A stretch of 62,986 nucleotides of DNA, the filler included, from Octopus bimaculoides (Eukaryota), in assembly GCF_001194135.2 (NCBI RefSeq). It is 5 parts of 5 records of this genome, joined end to end, with 100 filler letters (N's around TTAATTAATTAA, not from the genome) between each part and the next. Parts side by side here need not be neighbours in the genome. Positions count along the whole stretch, not along the records: positions 1 to 30,441 come from NC_068981.1; positions 30,542 to 38,498 come from NC_069001.1; positions 38,599 to 57,914 come from NC_068997.1; 2 more parts are not named here. The stretch is one strand, 5' to 3'. Position numbers and translations under genes: made by a program. A model generated the notes under the pieces. The model saw only the letters and a list, made by a program, of their open reading frames with translations. It ran no database searches and was not told the origin of the DNA. Position 1 is the stretch's first letter. Every line of letters starts with the position of its first letter. This document shows, in pieces, positions 26,175 through 40,082 of this stretch.

Positions 26175-26427
26175 ATTCCCCCTTCGTTTCTTTCTCATAC
26201 TCCTCTCTCCTTTGTCCATTCTCTCCCTCTCAATCTCTCTTTCTCCTTCACTCCACCCCGTCTTTCATTTCTTCTTTCCCTCTCCTTTGCCTTTTCTCTT
26301 ATCCTTCCCCCAATTTTTTCGGTTGCTGCCCTTCTCCTCCTCTCTTCACCGTTCTTTCTCAGTCTCTCTCCCTCTTTCTTTGTCCGGCTCACTCTGCTCC
26401 TACCCTCTCTTCTCCTTCTCTATATAA

Positions 26428-26477
<50 letters not shown>

Positions 26478-26536
26478 NNNNNNNNNNNNNNNNNNNNNNN
26501 NNNNNNNNNNNNNNNNNNNNNNNNNNNNNNNNNNNN

Positions 26537-26567
<31 letters not shown>

Positions 26568-26800
26568 ACCGATTTCTCCACCTCTCCAACTTCTTCATTA
26601 CTATTCTTCCTCTTTATCTTCTCTTTCTCCGATCCCTCTCCCGCCTCCTTTCCCTGCCTTCCCTCTCTCTATCTACTCTACTCTCTCTGACTTCCTCTCC
26701 TTTTCTCCTCCTCCTCTCTCCATCTGCCTCCGTCCTTATCTTTCTCTCTCTCCACCTCCCTTTCTATCTATCACCATCTCTCAACACGCCATTACATATT
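26138..26800. repeat. long polypyrimidine low-complexity tract with (CT)n runs and a gap
   Basis: Direct read; nearly all C/T on the + strand. Confidence 0.9.
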
Positions 26801-27816
26801 TAGCTCTGTATGGTGCCGTCTTATAGTCAGTGATGTTGCATGTCGAACTAACTACTGTATTTCCATTTAACATCTCCTAACCTCCGTTTCTTAAAACACG
26901 ATATCGATTTCTTCTTGAAACCCAATAGATAAAATACCTATTCTGTAAATCGAACTCAGAGCATAACCGGTAAATATTCCATCAACTTCAGCATGGTTAA
27001 AGGCAAAGTTGACTCAAAATAGAAAAATAAAAAGGAAAAAAAACATATAAAAATACAAAATAATAAAATGTTTCATGCTGAGATGGCTCCAAAACATTCA
27101 GATGTTCTACAAACAGTGTTAGCACAATTCCAGTCAAGAATATCTTAATGGTGTGATGTCACAATTTCAACAAAGTGTTATCATAACCCCAAGCCACAAT
27201 ATGCCATACAAACTTCATAACCCAGAAAAATTCTAAACAAGCTTTCTAATCATAATCGACGTCAGAAATACGGTGAACCAGTTAGTAACTGGCTCGTTGA
27301 AAAACCAATAACCAATATGGTTGACAAATACGCTATAAAATACTTATATAAGAATAAACCGTTAATATGTTAGAGTAGAGATTCAGAGTAATCAGAATGT
27401 TTGACACAGTAACCCTTACTGAATGATTAATTTTCGAACACATGTTATTTTACATGTCAGTGATTTTGTATTGTAAAGGAACTGTTGGGAGCTTAGAAAC
27501 ATATGTTAAGGTAATAAAATTAAATTTGATGAGGAAACAGTGTATGGCTATAAATTTCACAAATAAACATACGTGCGTATAACGAAACACACACTTGCAT
27601 GTGCATAGATAGAGGCATACAAAGATATATGCGCGTGTGCGTGTTTGTATGTGAATGGTTATGCATATATATATATATACATACATATATGCATATATAT
27701 ATTGAATAAATATACTATGTACACACCCGTAGCCACACCCACATATATATGTATATATGTATATGCATATACACACACACACACATACACACACACACAC
27801 ATACACACACACACAC

Positions 27817-27847
<31 letters not shown>

Positions 27848-27877
27848 TATATGTGTATATGTATATATATATATATA

Positions 27878-27908
<31 letters not shown>

Positions 27909-28261
27909 ATATATATATATACATATNNNNNNNNNNNNNNNNNNNNNNNNNNNNNNNNNNNNNNNNNNNNNNNNNNNNNNNNNNNNNNNNNNNNNNNNNN
28001 NNNNNNNNNNNNNNNNNNNNNNNNNNNNNNNNNNNNNNNNNNNNNNNNNNNNNNNNNNNNNNNNNNNNNNNNNNNNNNNNNNNNNNNNNNNNNNNNNNNN
28101 NNNNNNNNNNNNNNNNNNNNNNNNNNNNNNNNNNNNNNNNNNNNNNNNNNNNNNNNNNNNNNNNNNNNNNNNNNNNNNNNNNNNNNNNNNNNNNNNNNNN
28201 NNNNNNNNNNNNNNNNNNNNNNNNNNNNNNNNNNNNNNNNNNNNNNNNNNNATATATACCA

Positions 28262-28314
<53 letters not shown>

Positions 28315-30084
28315 ATACAAACACATATATATGTATGTACGTATGTATGTATGCATGCATGTACGTATGTATGCATGAATGTACATATGCACATGCTTGC
28401 ACGAACGCACGTACATACACACACGGCATACGGCCACATATATATATATGGTTGTGTTTAACGATAAGGTCGACACTGTGGATAAGAGAATATAACAGTC
28501 TATTTTTATTATATAATGGAAAGTAACGAGCGGCTGGTTGATGTGTTTATGTAGTCAATAATAATAAGAGGAGTTAGAGGGAGAAGGAGAAAGAATGAGA
28601 GATGGTAGCGGGAAGAGGCGATATGGATCAAACGAATCGATTTACCAATATTCTGAAACTGTCTATGGATTTCAATAATGCTGCAGCAGTCATACACACA
28701 GTGTCGATTCACTGGAGGTACCTAGAAATATCAATATCTGTCACCAAATGAATTTGCCTTTTAGACATAAAATATAAAACAGATTAAATCATTACAAATG
28801 AATGTTTTCATATTGCAGTACGTTTGTAGTAAATTCAGATTACGAGAAGATTATAAAGAGAATTATAAGTGTTGATCAAATATATGTAGAGGTAATGGGA
28901 AGTTTTAGAGTAACCAAAGGAAAAAAAAGAAGAAAAACTGGTGAAATTCGGGTCATATTATAAACTAGTATTGATTATTTGTGGAGTAGTATGGATAACG
29001 TATAACCAATGTACTATGAAGTACCTGTGGAGGAGTGTTGCCAAGTGGTTAGGGTATTGGAATTATGATTATAAGGTCGGAAGCTCGATTCTAGGACCAG
29101 CCGATGCGTTGTGACTTTGAGTAAAAGCAATTCATTTAATTTATTCGTATACTCATCAGTCAAGTGCTGTCTATTCCCAACCTTTCTCGCTCTCTACCTA
29201 CCACATCTTGGATGTGATAGTGCATGTTACATAACTATAAGCGTTTGCGTGTGACACCTACTGTTACCTTCAGGAGATTTCAAACTCTGAACTTATAATT
29301 ACGTAATAGATTACAAAAATAGTAATTATATTGAAGCTAATTGTGCAATGGAATGTTACGTACTCATATTCCACTAAGCTGTCATTTATAACTTATCAAT
29401 ATGGCGAAAATAAATTTAACAGACACCTGAAATGATAAAAAAATCTAAATAGAATATGTTTCAATATCTAATTACTTTCTGTACCTCTCTCAGTCTGCAT
29501 TTTAAGGTCAACTTTGCCTCTTATCTTGTTGGTTTAAATAGCATAAATATTTCTGAAATACTGTAATCGATAAGATCGAATACATTAGACCTAGAAACAA
29601 TTTTTTTTTCTAAACGAATGTGAGAATACCTTATTTTATTTCAAGAAGTTTTGAATATTTTATTTTCCAGTACTCAATTTTGGCAAGATGCATATCTTAC
29701 ACCGATGCAAATCCCGTTTAAAACTAAGATTGTTTGCTTAGATTAGATAGTAAGCTCCTAATGAAACTAGACTAAAATTTCATATAATTTCCCGGTTGTA
29801 AATTTTACTTTATCACACGTAAGGTTCGCTCATTTCAATTGAAGTTATCAATTAGCATCCATGGACAGGACTTGTGCCAAACCAGATGTTAACGATGTGT
29901 TACATAGTTATTTAAATTGAAGAGTAATATCCAGCAGAAGGTATAAAATATTAACAGCAGTAAACATCTTATTAATAATGAAATGAGAATGAACTACGCG
30001 TGATGACGAGTTAATTATGTCACACTAGGTGATTAGATTTAATTGGTATCCCGCGAAATATTTAGGTAGAAGATAATCCGACTT

Positions 30085-30400
30085 AAGGAGTCAAGTCTTG
30101 TGGGTAAATTTGGGAGACAGAAATTGCAAGAAGCCCATCGTATATGTACGTGTGTGTGTATGTGTGTGTCTTTGTGTGCATGTGTGTTTGTGTCCGCCTC
30201 CATTGCTTGGCAACCGATGTTGGCGTGTTTACATACCCACGACTTAGTGGTTCGACAAAAGAAATCCGATAGAAATTATAAGTACTGGCGTCGATTCGTT
30301 CGACTAAAACACGTTTTAGGATATCTCCAGCGTGGCCGCAGTCAAATGACTGAAACAAGTGAAGGAATAAAAGAATATATATTTATCTGTGTGTGTGAGT
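30085..30400 (+). mobile_element. family B SINE, 5'-truncated, approximate ends
   Basis: gaagcccatcgtatatg..cttggcaaccgatgttggcgtgtttac..gataga..aagtactggcgtcgattcgttcgactaaa..ccagcgtggccgcagtc. Confidence 0.8.
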
Positions 30401-30407
30401 GTGTGTC

Positions 30408-30441
<34 letters not shown>

Positions 30442-30541
30442 NNNNNNNNNNNNNNNNNNNNNNNNNNNNNNNNNNNNNNNNNNNNTTAATTAATTAANNN
30501 NNNNNNNNNNNNNNNNNNNNNNNNNNNNNNNNNNNNNNNNN
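30442..30541. other. assembly gap marker N44-TTAATTAATTAA-N44 (also 38499-38598, 57915-58014, 60520-60619)
   Basis: Four identical 100-nt blocks with a central 12-mer that gives stop codons in all six frames. Confidence 0.95.
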
Positions 30542-31439
30542 ACTTCGCTCTCATGTGTCTATTCCCTGCTGAGGTTACCATGGTCTTTTCCGTAGGCTTT
30601 TCTCTCCATGGATAAACCTAATGTTACCCCATTTTACACAACTGACATTTTCTGTGATATACGATACCCCATTTTTTTTTTTGCCCCTACCGATCCCTTT
30701 TGATCGGATTTTTTTTTTCTTAAAGAAAAGCTCTACAGTTGTATTTGTCCCCTCTGTGTGCAGCCCTGTGTGGCTAATAAAAGAAACCTATCTATCTATC
30801 TATCTATCTATCTATGTATCTAAGCGCTGTTATTTGTTATTTCAGTGCGTTTCCGTGCATGAGTATGGATGAGTATGAATGTATATTGCGTAGTAAAAAT
30901 ATGAACTGACCCATTCAATAACATACGCAATTATCTAGGTATAGTTTATAAAGCTTTCTTACTATCATCCCAGTGGAAAATAACTTTAACTTTAGTTGTA
31001 ATTCTTAGGTATACACAAATTTATTCTGGGGCGTTGGCATCTAGCCTTCAAGCAAAAGACACTCGTTTCTCAAGGCGAAAGGGATCTTTCCCCAACATAA
31101 CTTGAGATGCTACATGCCAGACGCCGACCTGGCACTTGGAACTTAAGGGTGTTCCGGAACATTTCTCTGTGTTTGTGTGTGTGCGTGCGTGTGCGCGTGT
31201 GTGTGTGCGTGTGCGTGTGTGTGTATAAGTGTGTGTGTTCTTTATATTTTATGCATTTCGATTCTTCCTCCAAGGAAGAATCTGGTTCCTTACAGACCAT
31301 CTCCAGAGTTCGAGTCTTCCTAACATCAACGTCAATTATTTCACGTTGAATTTTTATCATTCTTCTTACAGATTACATTGCCATAAAACCATCTTCTCCA
31401 TTTGAATATTTTCTGGAGCAAATAGATATATTGATATAT

Positions 31440-31492
<53 letters not shown>

Positions 31493-32925
31493 ATACGTAT
31501 GCCTGAATATGTGTGTTATGTATTTTTTTTTATATAAGTAAACTAATTGAACTGCTAGCTCTTTGAGGATGCATCTTGGATTATTTCAACTCTCAACTAT
31601 TTACTGACTGCCTACTTTATAGCGATAGTTACAGATTTCCACTGACCAATATTTACTTCAGTGCGTTTCTGATATTTCACAGATACTTGTACTGTCAACG
31701 TAACCCTCTGACAAACCCACCTTTTCTTCATACATGTCTGCATTATCCGAATTGATATTTTACAGAGTACCTTTGATATGATGTAAATTTCATCGCTATT
31801 TATTGGAGTTTGATCGACCAAGTATTTACACCACATACACGTACCTTTGATATGTGTCGCATACCATGTAGAAACTGAACCTGGAACAACATCTGCTCAA
31901 ATTATGACAAATAATGAATGAAAGCACTTTTCAGAAAATTCTTTGCTTAACAAAATAAATATTCGTTACACGTTCCCATAATACAGAATACTAAACCATT
32001 CAAAAAAATCTCCTGTAAGAAACTGTTCCATATTTTATCCGACAATGATATGATTCATGCAACAATACCCTCTCCCTTATTATATTTGAAATAGTGTATT
32101 TGTAATCTTAGTAGTTATATTTTTTCGTCAATTAACTTAGTAAGCATGGGCATTGATTATTCACTTTACAAGACGCTTCATATCATACTGTACTAATATA
32201 AGCCAGACGTATATTGCATGTATGTTCCTTCGTTTGCAATATCATTGAAGAAGTAAGCGGTGAAACTATCTCTGCTATGTATTCAGATAATTCCTTCAAT
32301 TTCATGCTCCAACTTAAAGTCTGTTGCGGCCAGTAGTGCATCGGAGATTATATTCTCTCCTTCGTTTCCCTACCATCACTCCTATAATAATTAAAGATTT
32401 CTGCAACGACAAAGTTTCAGTCTTTGACAGAAATCAATTTCCAGTTTGATTTAAATTGAAGTAAATTTAATTAAATTCTTCATCGTGGTAGGATATAATT
32501 AATTTCAATTCATATTTTCATTTCACGGAGTTAATTTTATCGTAATTTAGAGATATGATTTAGTCACTAAATTTGAAATAAATTTCGATTTATTAAACGA
32601 AGAATTCAATGAAATTAGCAATCGTTGTTTTAAACCATAGCAAATGCATATTTCGAAAAAAAACCCCAAAAAAACAATTAGAATACTGAATATAAAATAA
32701 GACAAATATCACATGTGCAAAAAATATTGAATTTAAAACGTGCTTCTAAAAGATAATTAAAAAAAAAAATTCCATTTCACATTTCTTTCTGTGTAATGTG
32801 GTGTTTAATAGTATGGTACATAGTGTATGAAGAGTAGTGTAACTGGGAGGTCAATTATAAGTTATAAATTCATGAAGTAAATTCTAAGTTCGTATTCCAC
32901 TATGGTTTCTCAATAACAGATATAT

Positions 32926-33112
32926 TCTTTTCTACTCAAGGCACAAGGCCCGGAATTTGTGGGGAGGGGCCAGTCGATTAGATTGACCCCAGTACACAAA
33001 TGGTACTTAATTTATCGACCCCTCAATGGAATTTGAACTCAGAACGTAAAGGCAGACGAACTACCGCTAAGCATTTCGCCCGGCGTGCTAACGTTTCTGC
33101 TAGCTCGCCGCC
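32926..33112 (-). mobile_element. family A SINE (beta tail) with target-site duplication
   Basis: Head gctagctcgccgcc ends at 33112; flanking direct repeat tcaataaca(g/t)atata at ~32910-32924 and ~33114-33128. Confidence 0.9.
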
Positions 33113-33260
33113 TTCAATAACATATATATTAAACAAACTTGAGGAGAATTTCAGGGACACGTGCTACAATGAAAATTAGTGATACAATATACGCTAGGCT
33201 AGTAAATACGGAATAGTTAGTGTGTTTCGGAAAATTTCTCTGTGTTTGTGTGTGCTTATG

Positions 33261-33305
<45 letters not shown>

Positions 33306-36300
33306 CTATGTGTGTGTACGTGTGCTTGTAGTAAATACGGAATAGTAATGTTGGATATTTTAATTATTTAGATTTACAGCCTTAATGATGAAATCAATCT
33401 CTACTCAAGTGACAAATTCTGGCCAAAATATGTATGGAGACAACCGTCTGCATCTCAATTAATTTAATAAATAAAATATCTAGCTTCACCTGTTTTTATG
33501 TCTTAACTTGCTCAATGGCCGAGCTTGACCTTCTGCAAACAACATTCAATACTTTCATAAATTCTGCTCTTACAGGCATTGCAGAAAGAAAGGAAGATAA
33601 TGAATTCCTTAATATACAAAATGGTGGGATAGTCATAGAACACTGATGAACATTTATGTACACCTTAGTTTACTTGAAGGTATGGAATACCGAGAGCAAA
33701 TCCTTCTAATAAATATAATAGATTGAGATATATTTCACTAGTAGTTTGGAAGTAGCGAAAGAGGGAATGCAGAATCTAGATAACCAAACAATCAGAATGA
33801 CGAAAGCTTCAATGACAAAATGCTAAGGACACAGAATTTTCAAAAAGTCATGGAAAAATAACGCGGAAACTATCTCAAAAGTAATTTATTTCTGGCTTTA
33901 AATATGTAGCTTATTTGCATTTATTATAGTAAGTCAGAATAACAAATCAAGCAGATATGGTGTGCATCTATAGTTACTAAATAATATTTCGATAAAACAA
34001 AAGACCAGTTGAGCGCTGTGGTCTTATGTAATCGACCATCACTCGCTCTCAGGCCTTGTGCCTATAGCAGAAAGGATTATTTGTGTTATTATTGGGGTAG
34101 TGCATTCATGGAAGAACATGGACAAGTTAGCTTCTGTTATTTCGTTATCAGCTTTACCGCACGCGTCATTTCAAAGTCAGCTGGAGTTGCTTTTGACCTG
34201 TTTAATGGTTGCGACTTGACAGAGTCATTAGAGGGCAAATAGTTTTAAAGAAGCGCTTAATGACATTTGTTCTGAAACATTACATTCTGAGTTCAAATCT
34301 CGCCGAAGTCAATTTTACTTTTCATTTTTATGGTGTTCAGAAAATAAATAAATGGACGGTATCAATTAACTGCTCCCCTCAAAATTGCCGTTATCGTGCA
34401 AGTATCAGAAACTATAATTATTGTTGTAGTTAAGAGTTTCGAAGTAACTACGATCATTTATTATTTTGACGAAGCAGAAAACAAACTGGCTTCTCAAATA
34501 ACCACTCCTTTAAAACTCATAATATATATTTTTGTACATCATTTTCTTTCTAAAATGGTTTTCCTGACGTAGTATTATAAAATAGAAAATATTTTGCTAT
34601 TTGCTTCTCAAATAAACTTCCAATTAAGCTGTAAGTAAAATATTATTTTGTTAAAGCTAATTTTGTCCTAAAATATTTCATTTTTATCAATACTCCGTCT
34701 TTCAAGCATTCGTTATTCTAATTTTCATATATATCAGAATTATGCCATGAAAGTAGCTCCAGAGTAAAATAATTATCTTTGTGACATACTTAACCTATGT
34801 TTATCGTGGAAAAAAGAGAAGCTACAGATCTAGCCCCAGGAAAAGACCCCTTTATAGAACGTCATAAGTTTGCTGATGTTTCTGCAGTATGGTAATGTTG
34901 CCGGCCTACTTTAGCATTGTGTATGGGTCAAATGTTCTCCAACCAACGTATTGAGATTTGATATGAGCTTTTCATGGACATGGGGATGGTCTAAGAGTAA
35001 TTTCCAGTTTTTAATCTAGCATAGTGGGGGAATAATTTTGAAGGATTGGAGCGACATTGCAGAGTAATGTGTTATACCAACACAATTATGATGAAGTGAC
35101 AGCATCACCATCAACAACATCAGTATCAATAGTATCAGTGCCAATAATGTTAAATCAAATAATGTTGTAATCCCAATGGAATAATTTTCCAAAGTAGTAG
35201 CAGAAGTAACAGTACCAGTAGCCATGGGGTGGTGATAGAGCAGCGATGGTCCCAATGCTGTTTGATGGTGTGGAATCAAGATGGAGTGTGGTATGGAATC
35301 TTGAAGGAATAAAATGGGACAAATAAAATAAGATAAAAAGCCATTGTTCAAGTGCTCTATTTGCTATTTCTAGCAATGGCTCAGACGAAGGTATCACTAA
35401 TTTTCTTAGGTCTTTCTATTTACCCCAATTGATCAATAGACCAATTGAATAAACCTATCTGTGATGGTTACTGCAGACAGCTGTAAGTCAAATTTGCTAT
35501 AATAAATGATTTATATGTAATGATCATTATTTTAACTTATTATATATCACTCTGTAAAAACTAGCTTGTCTGGAGCCCATCCGTGGATTTACAATATAGA
35601 ATTGTGATGAACGATAACTTTGGACCCTACTAAAAGATTACTTGGAGTTCTTCACTAATCTAAGTAATATTGTTAGCCCCGTATGCCAACAGAGACCTTA
35701 TGAGGCATTTTGCCCGGATTGATAATCCCTCAATATATATATATATANNNNNNNNNNNNNNNNNNNNNNNNNNNNNNNNNNNNNNNNNNNNNNNNNNNNN
35801 NNNNNNNNNNNNNNNNNNNNNNNNNNNNNNNNNNNNNNNNNNNNNNNNNNNNNNNNNNNNNNNNNNNNNNNNNNNNNNNNNNNNNNNNNNNNNNNNNNNN
35901 NNNNNNNNNNNNNNNNNNNNNNNNNNNNNNNNNNNNNNNNNNNNNNNNNNNNNNNNNNNNNNNNNNNNNNNNNNNNNNNNNNNNNNNNNNNNNNNNNNNN
36001 NNNNNNNNNNNNNNNNNNNNNNNNNNNNNNNNNNNNNNNNNNNNNNNNNNNNNNNNNNNNNNNNNNNNNNNNNNNNNNNNNNNNNNNNNNNNNNNNNNNN
36101 NNNNNNNNNNNNNNNNNNNNNNNNNNNNNNNNNNNNNNNNNNNNNNNNNNNNNNNNNNNNNNNNNNNNNNNNNNNNNNNNNNNNNNNNNNNNNNNNNNNN
36201 NNNNNNNNNNNNNNNNNNNNNNNNNNNNNNNNNNNNNNNNNNNNNNNNNNNNNNNNNNNNNNNNNNNNNNNNNNNNNNNNNNNNNNNNNNNNNNNNNNNN

Positions 36301-36576
36301 NNNNNNNNNNNNNNNNNNNNNNNNNNNNNNNNNNNNNNNNNNNNNNNNNNNNNNNNNNNNNNNNNNNNNNNNNNNNNNNNNNNNNNNNNNNNNNNNNNNN
36401 NNNNNNNNNNNNNNNNNNNNNNNNNNNNNNNNNNNNNNNNNNNNNNNNNNNNNNNNNNNNNNNNNNNNNNNNNNNNNNNNNNNNNNNNNNNNNNNNNNNN
36501 NNNNNNNNNNNNNNNNNNNNNNNNNNNNNNNNNNNNNNNNNNNNNNNNNNNNNNNNNNNNNNNNNNNNNNNNNNNN

Positions 36577-36616
<40 letters not shown>

Positions 36617-36991
36617 ATATATATATGTGTGTGTGTGTGTATGTGTGTGTATAAACTGCATTCTCTCTGTTAAGCAGAAGCTATTATTGGAAACGCCTGC
36701 TCTAGTTACGTGCAGTAGGATAGGACATGGAACCGCGTGGGAAGATGATATATAGAAATTTATAGACAGTAACTTCATTGTTTATAAGATTTAAATGGGC
36801 GAATCACTGCTTCAATAAATTTCTGAAGGAGGTTACGACTTGGGGATATGTGTAATACAGTAAAAAGCCTTTCAATGTCACAATAAATTTTGTTCAAAGA
36901 GGACCAGCTCTTTGCCACCGTTTAATTCCTCACTTGATATATATTGGTGAAAGATATAAATAACACAGTAAACGTAATCAGCAACGTACAC

Positions 36992-37067
<76 letters not shown>

Positions 37068-37374
37068 CTGTTATATATGTATACCTCAATAAACATGTAT
37101 GTGAATGGACAATAATATATGTATGTATACATACATATCGATTATTTTTCTTTCGCAGAAATTGCAGAAATTTAAGGACAGAATTTTATGCATGGCAGTT
37201 CGAGAAGCGCTATGTACGAAACTCTCGGCTTTAAGTCTCTTTGCAACACCTACCAATTAAACATAGAGATACAAGAAATGCTTTGAGTTCACTTATCCTG
37301 ATTTTAGTACCAATATATATGTGTGTGTGTGTGGGGGGGTGTACGTATGTGTGTGCATGCGTGTGTGTGTATCT

Positions 37375-37417
<43 letters not shown>

Positions 37418-38092
37418 GTCTCTTATATATAAGTATACATTTTCCTAAATCTTGTACGACTCTATATCTGTCTTCCCTCTTAATCGTTCATTTCATTCTT
37501 CATTCTTTCGTTCCCCCTCACTCATATTTCCTTGCCTTCTCTTCTTGTTCACTTTCCCTCCACCTTTCACTTCACTGTGTCCCTGTCATTTTTTCTCACC
37601 CCTCCTTAATTCTTTTGTCCCTCTGCCTCTACCTTTCACTCTTCTCTTCCCACCTGACCGGCGTTCAGCCAAGCCTGAGGTTTCTTTCTTGGCTGGCCGT
37701 TGTGCATGCAACATTGATATTCCTCCCTGTGCCTGTGAAATCTTGTATCTCTGCTGTAAGGCTTTATTTCCACACACGGCAGCTTAATATAATTCGTCCT
37801 TAGTCGAAATACACCTGTTGTTATGTGTTGTTAATATTTTTATTGTATTCGTGTAACATTGTTCACTTTTTTCCGTCCTTGTTTTTGTATATATTCGCTG
37901 CTTTCTTCCAAGGAATCTAATGCTCATGGCTTAGTTTTTCCTTGGGGCTGGCCAGCTTGGAGCAATATCGAGAATAAGCAGCCGAAATTGCAAAGATAAT
38001 CCGGATCTCGACTGAGGAAAGAAAACTCTGAATGACCTGTCCTTGTTTTCTTTGTATCGTCTATCTGGATGTTTTGCGTTCTTGTCCCATTT

Positions 38093-38134
<42 letters not shown>

Positions 38135-38141
38135 GTATGTA

Positions 38142-38275
38142 TATTAAAAAGCAACAGAAATATCACAAAAAAACTGTTATTCAGAGTTTCACGTTCCCGT
38201 TCGTCGGACAGTTTTGTTTGGGAACGTGAAACTCTGAGTAACAGTTTTTTGTGATATTTCTGCTACTTTTTAATA
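38142..38275. repeat. ~56-bp inverted repeat with ~21-nt loop (probable inverted Penelope pseudo-LTR junction)
   Basis: tattaaaaagcaacagaaatatcacaaaaaaactgttattcagagtttcacgttccc / gggaacgtgaaactctgagtaacagttttttgtgatatttctgctactttttaata. Confidence 0.9.
38170..38215 (-). ncRNA. minimal type I hammerhead ribozyme motif (U4C core variant)
   Basis: Minus strand AAAACTGT-CCGACGA-ACG(GGAA)CGT-GAAA-CTCTGAA-TA-ACAGTTTT: 8-bp stem I, 3-bp stem II, GAAA box and short stem III. The sister arm reads ACTCTGAGT-A, giving a GUA site. Confidence 0.65.
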
Positions 38276-38437
38276 AAGCATATTACGCTACTTCTAGTAC
38301 TCGCGTCCTATTTTTCTACCTTGTTTCGCATTTATGTGCTTACTCCGGTACAAATGTATGTAAGTATATCTATATATTTACATACATACACACACACACG
38401 TACATACACACTCACACACACACACACACACACACAG

Positions 38438-38498
<61 letters not shown>

Positions 38499-38598
38499 NN
38501 NNNNNNNNNNNNNNNNNNNNNNNNNNNNNNNNNNNNNNNNNNTTAATTAATTAANNNNNNNNNNNNNNNNNNNNNNNNNNNNNNNNNNNNNNNNNNNN

Positions 38599-38660
<62 letters not shown>

Positions 38661-39134
38661 TATATATACATATATATACATGTGTGTATATATTTATATA
38701 TTTATCTACCTATATAGTTCTCTGTCTGTTTGTCTATCAGTTTGTCTGCTGTATTTTGCGGCATGGTAGACACTGCATCGTGGGAGATACATTCTGGTTT
38801 TAGATATGTAATTCAAAGTGGTGGTGGTGGTGGTAGGAGGGGAATGATAGTTATCAAAGCCTACTTCACTTGATCGGCGAGCGCCTCTTATCAAAATTGA
38901 CGAGCAGACCAGTGACATGTTCATGCCCGAAGCAAATCATCAGACAATGGCCAGATACCTGGTGGTTACTGCCAAACATTGTTGTAGAACGCGACACTGC
39001 TCTTCCCTTCAACAATCTTGCTGTGATTAATCATTTGCTAAATAATTGTTAATCAGTTTATATTAACAATATTAGACATATTCAGGAAAATCTCGCCATT
39101 TCGTTGTCCGAATATATCTGGAGTTTAATGGACA

Positions 39135-39355
39135 ATAATACTGATTTCAAATTTGGGCATACGGCTAGCAATTTCGGGAGAGGGGGCTAGTCAATTACAT
39201 CGACCCCAGTGCTTAACTGGTACTTATTTTATCAACTCTGAAAGGATGAAAGGCAATGTCGGTCTCGGCGGAATTTGAACTCAGAACGTAAAGACGGACG
39301 AAATGCTAGTAAGCATTTTGCCCGGCGTGTTAACAATTCTGCTGGCTCACTACCT
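39135..39355 (-). mobile_element. family A SINE, approximate ends
   Basis: ggcggaatttgaactcagaacgtaaagacggacgaaatgctagtaagcattttgcccggcgtg. Confidence 0.85.
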
Positions 39356-39585
39356 AAAAGGGCGATAATATTGACAATCATAAGATCGGTAAGTCCAGTC
39401 TGGTAGAGAATTATATCATTCTATTGTGGCCTTTTGCAATTTTGAAGAAATTCGGTAGGAATTTCTGCTATTATTGAAGAATTGCCAAAAGCTAACTGGC
39501 TAAAATAGTAATTCCCTTTTAATAGAATTGCTAGAACTTGAAACATAATGATGTAATAAAAAATACATATATATACACATATGAA

Positions 39586-39930
39586 CAGGCGTGGCTGTGT
39601 GGTGAGAAATTTGCTTCCTAACCATATGGTTCTGGGTTCAGTCCCACTGCGTGTCACCTTGGGCAAGTGTCTTCTATTATAGTCTCGGGCTGACCAAAGC
39701 CTTGTGAGTGGATTTAGTGGACGGAAACTGAAAGAAGCCCGTCGTATATATAATTATGCGTATGTGCTTGTCCCCCACCCACTGCTTGACAACCGGTGTT
39801 GGTGTGTTTATGTCCCCTTAACGAAGCGGTTCGGCAAAAGAGACCGATAGAATGAGTACCAGCCTTTTTTCTTTCTTAGAGTACTAGGATCGATTCGCTC
39901 GACTAAAATTCTTCAAGGCGATGCCCCAGC
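39586..39930 (+). mobile_element. family B SINE, near full length
   Basis: caggcgtggctgtgtggtgagaaatttgcttcc..ggttcagtcccactgcgtgtcaccttgggcaagtg..gatgccccagcat. Confidence 0.9.
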
Positions 39931-40082
39931 ATTACTACTTTTACATTCACGTGAAATATGATATCTAAAAATGAATTCAATAACGAGAGACAAATATACA
40001 TATAGTAATCACATCCCACGTTCTGTAGCGACAAACAAGGAAATGCAGAATGATTTCCTCGTTGTGGCACTTTAATATTTAA

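Noticed and set aside
30486-30497. TTAATTAATTAA recurring four times (also 38543, 57959, 60564), which looks like a conserved motif or PacI-like site
   Set aside because: It is always centred in exactly 44 N on each side (100 nt in total) and gives stops in all six frames, so it is a scaffolding spacer and not biological.
32287-32394. CUB-like peptide (SCSNLKSVAASSASEIIFSPSFPYHHSYNN) after an acceptor-like tattcag
   Set aside because: There is an in-frame stop where a CUB domain would continue with Cys, no donor, and only superficial similarity.
38005-38045. CTGAGGA..GAA hammerhead-like boxes
   Set aside because: Stem II does not pair properly, GAAT replaces GAAA, and no stem I can be formed.
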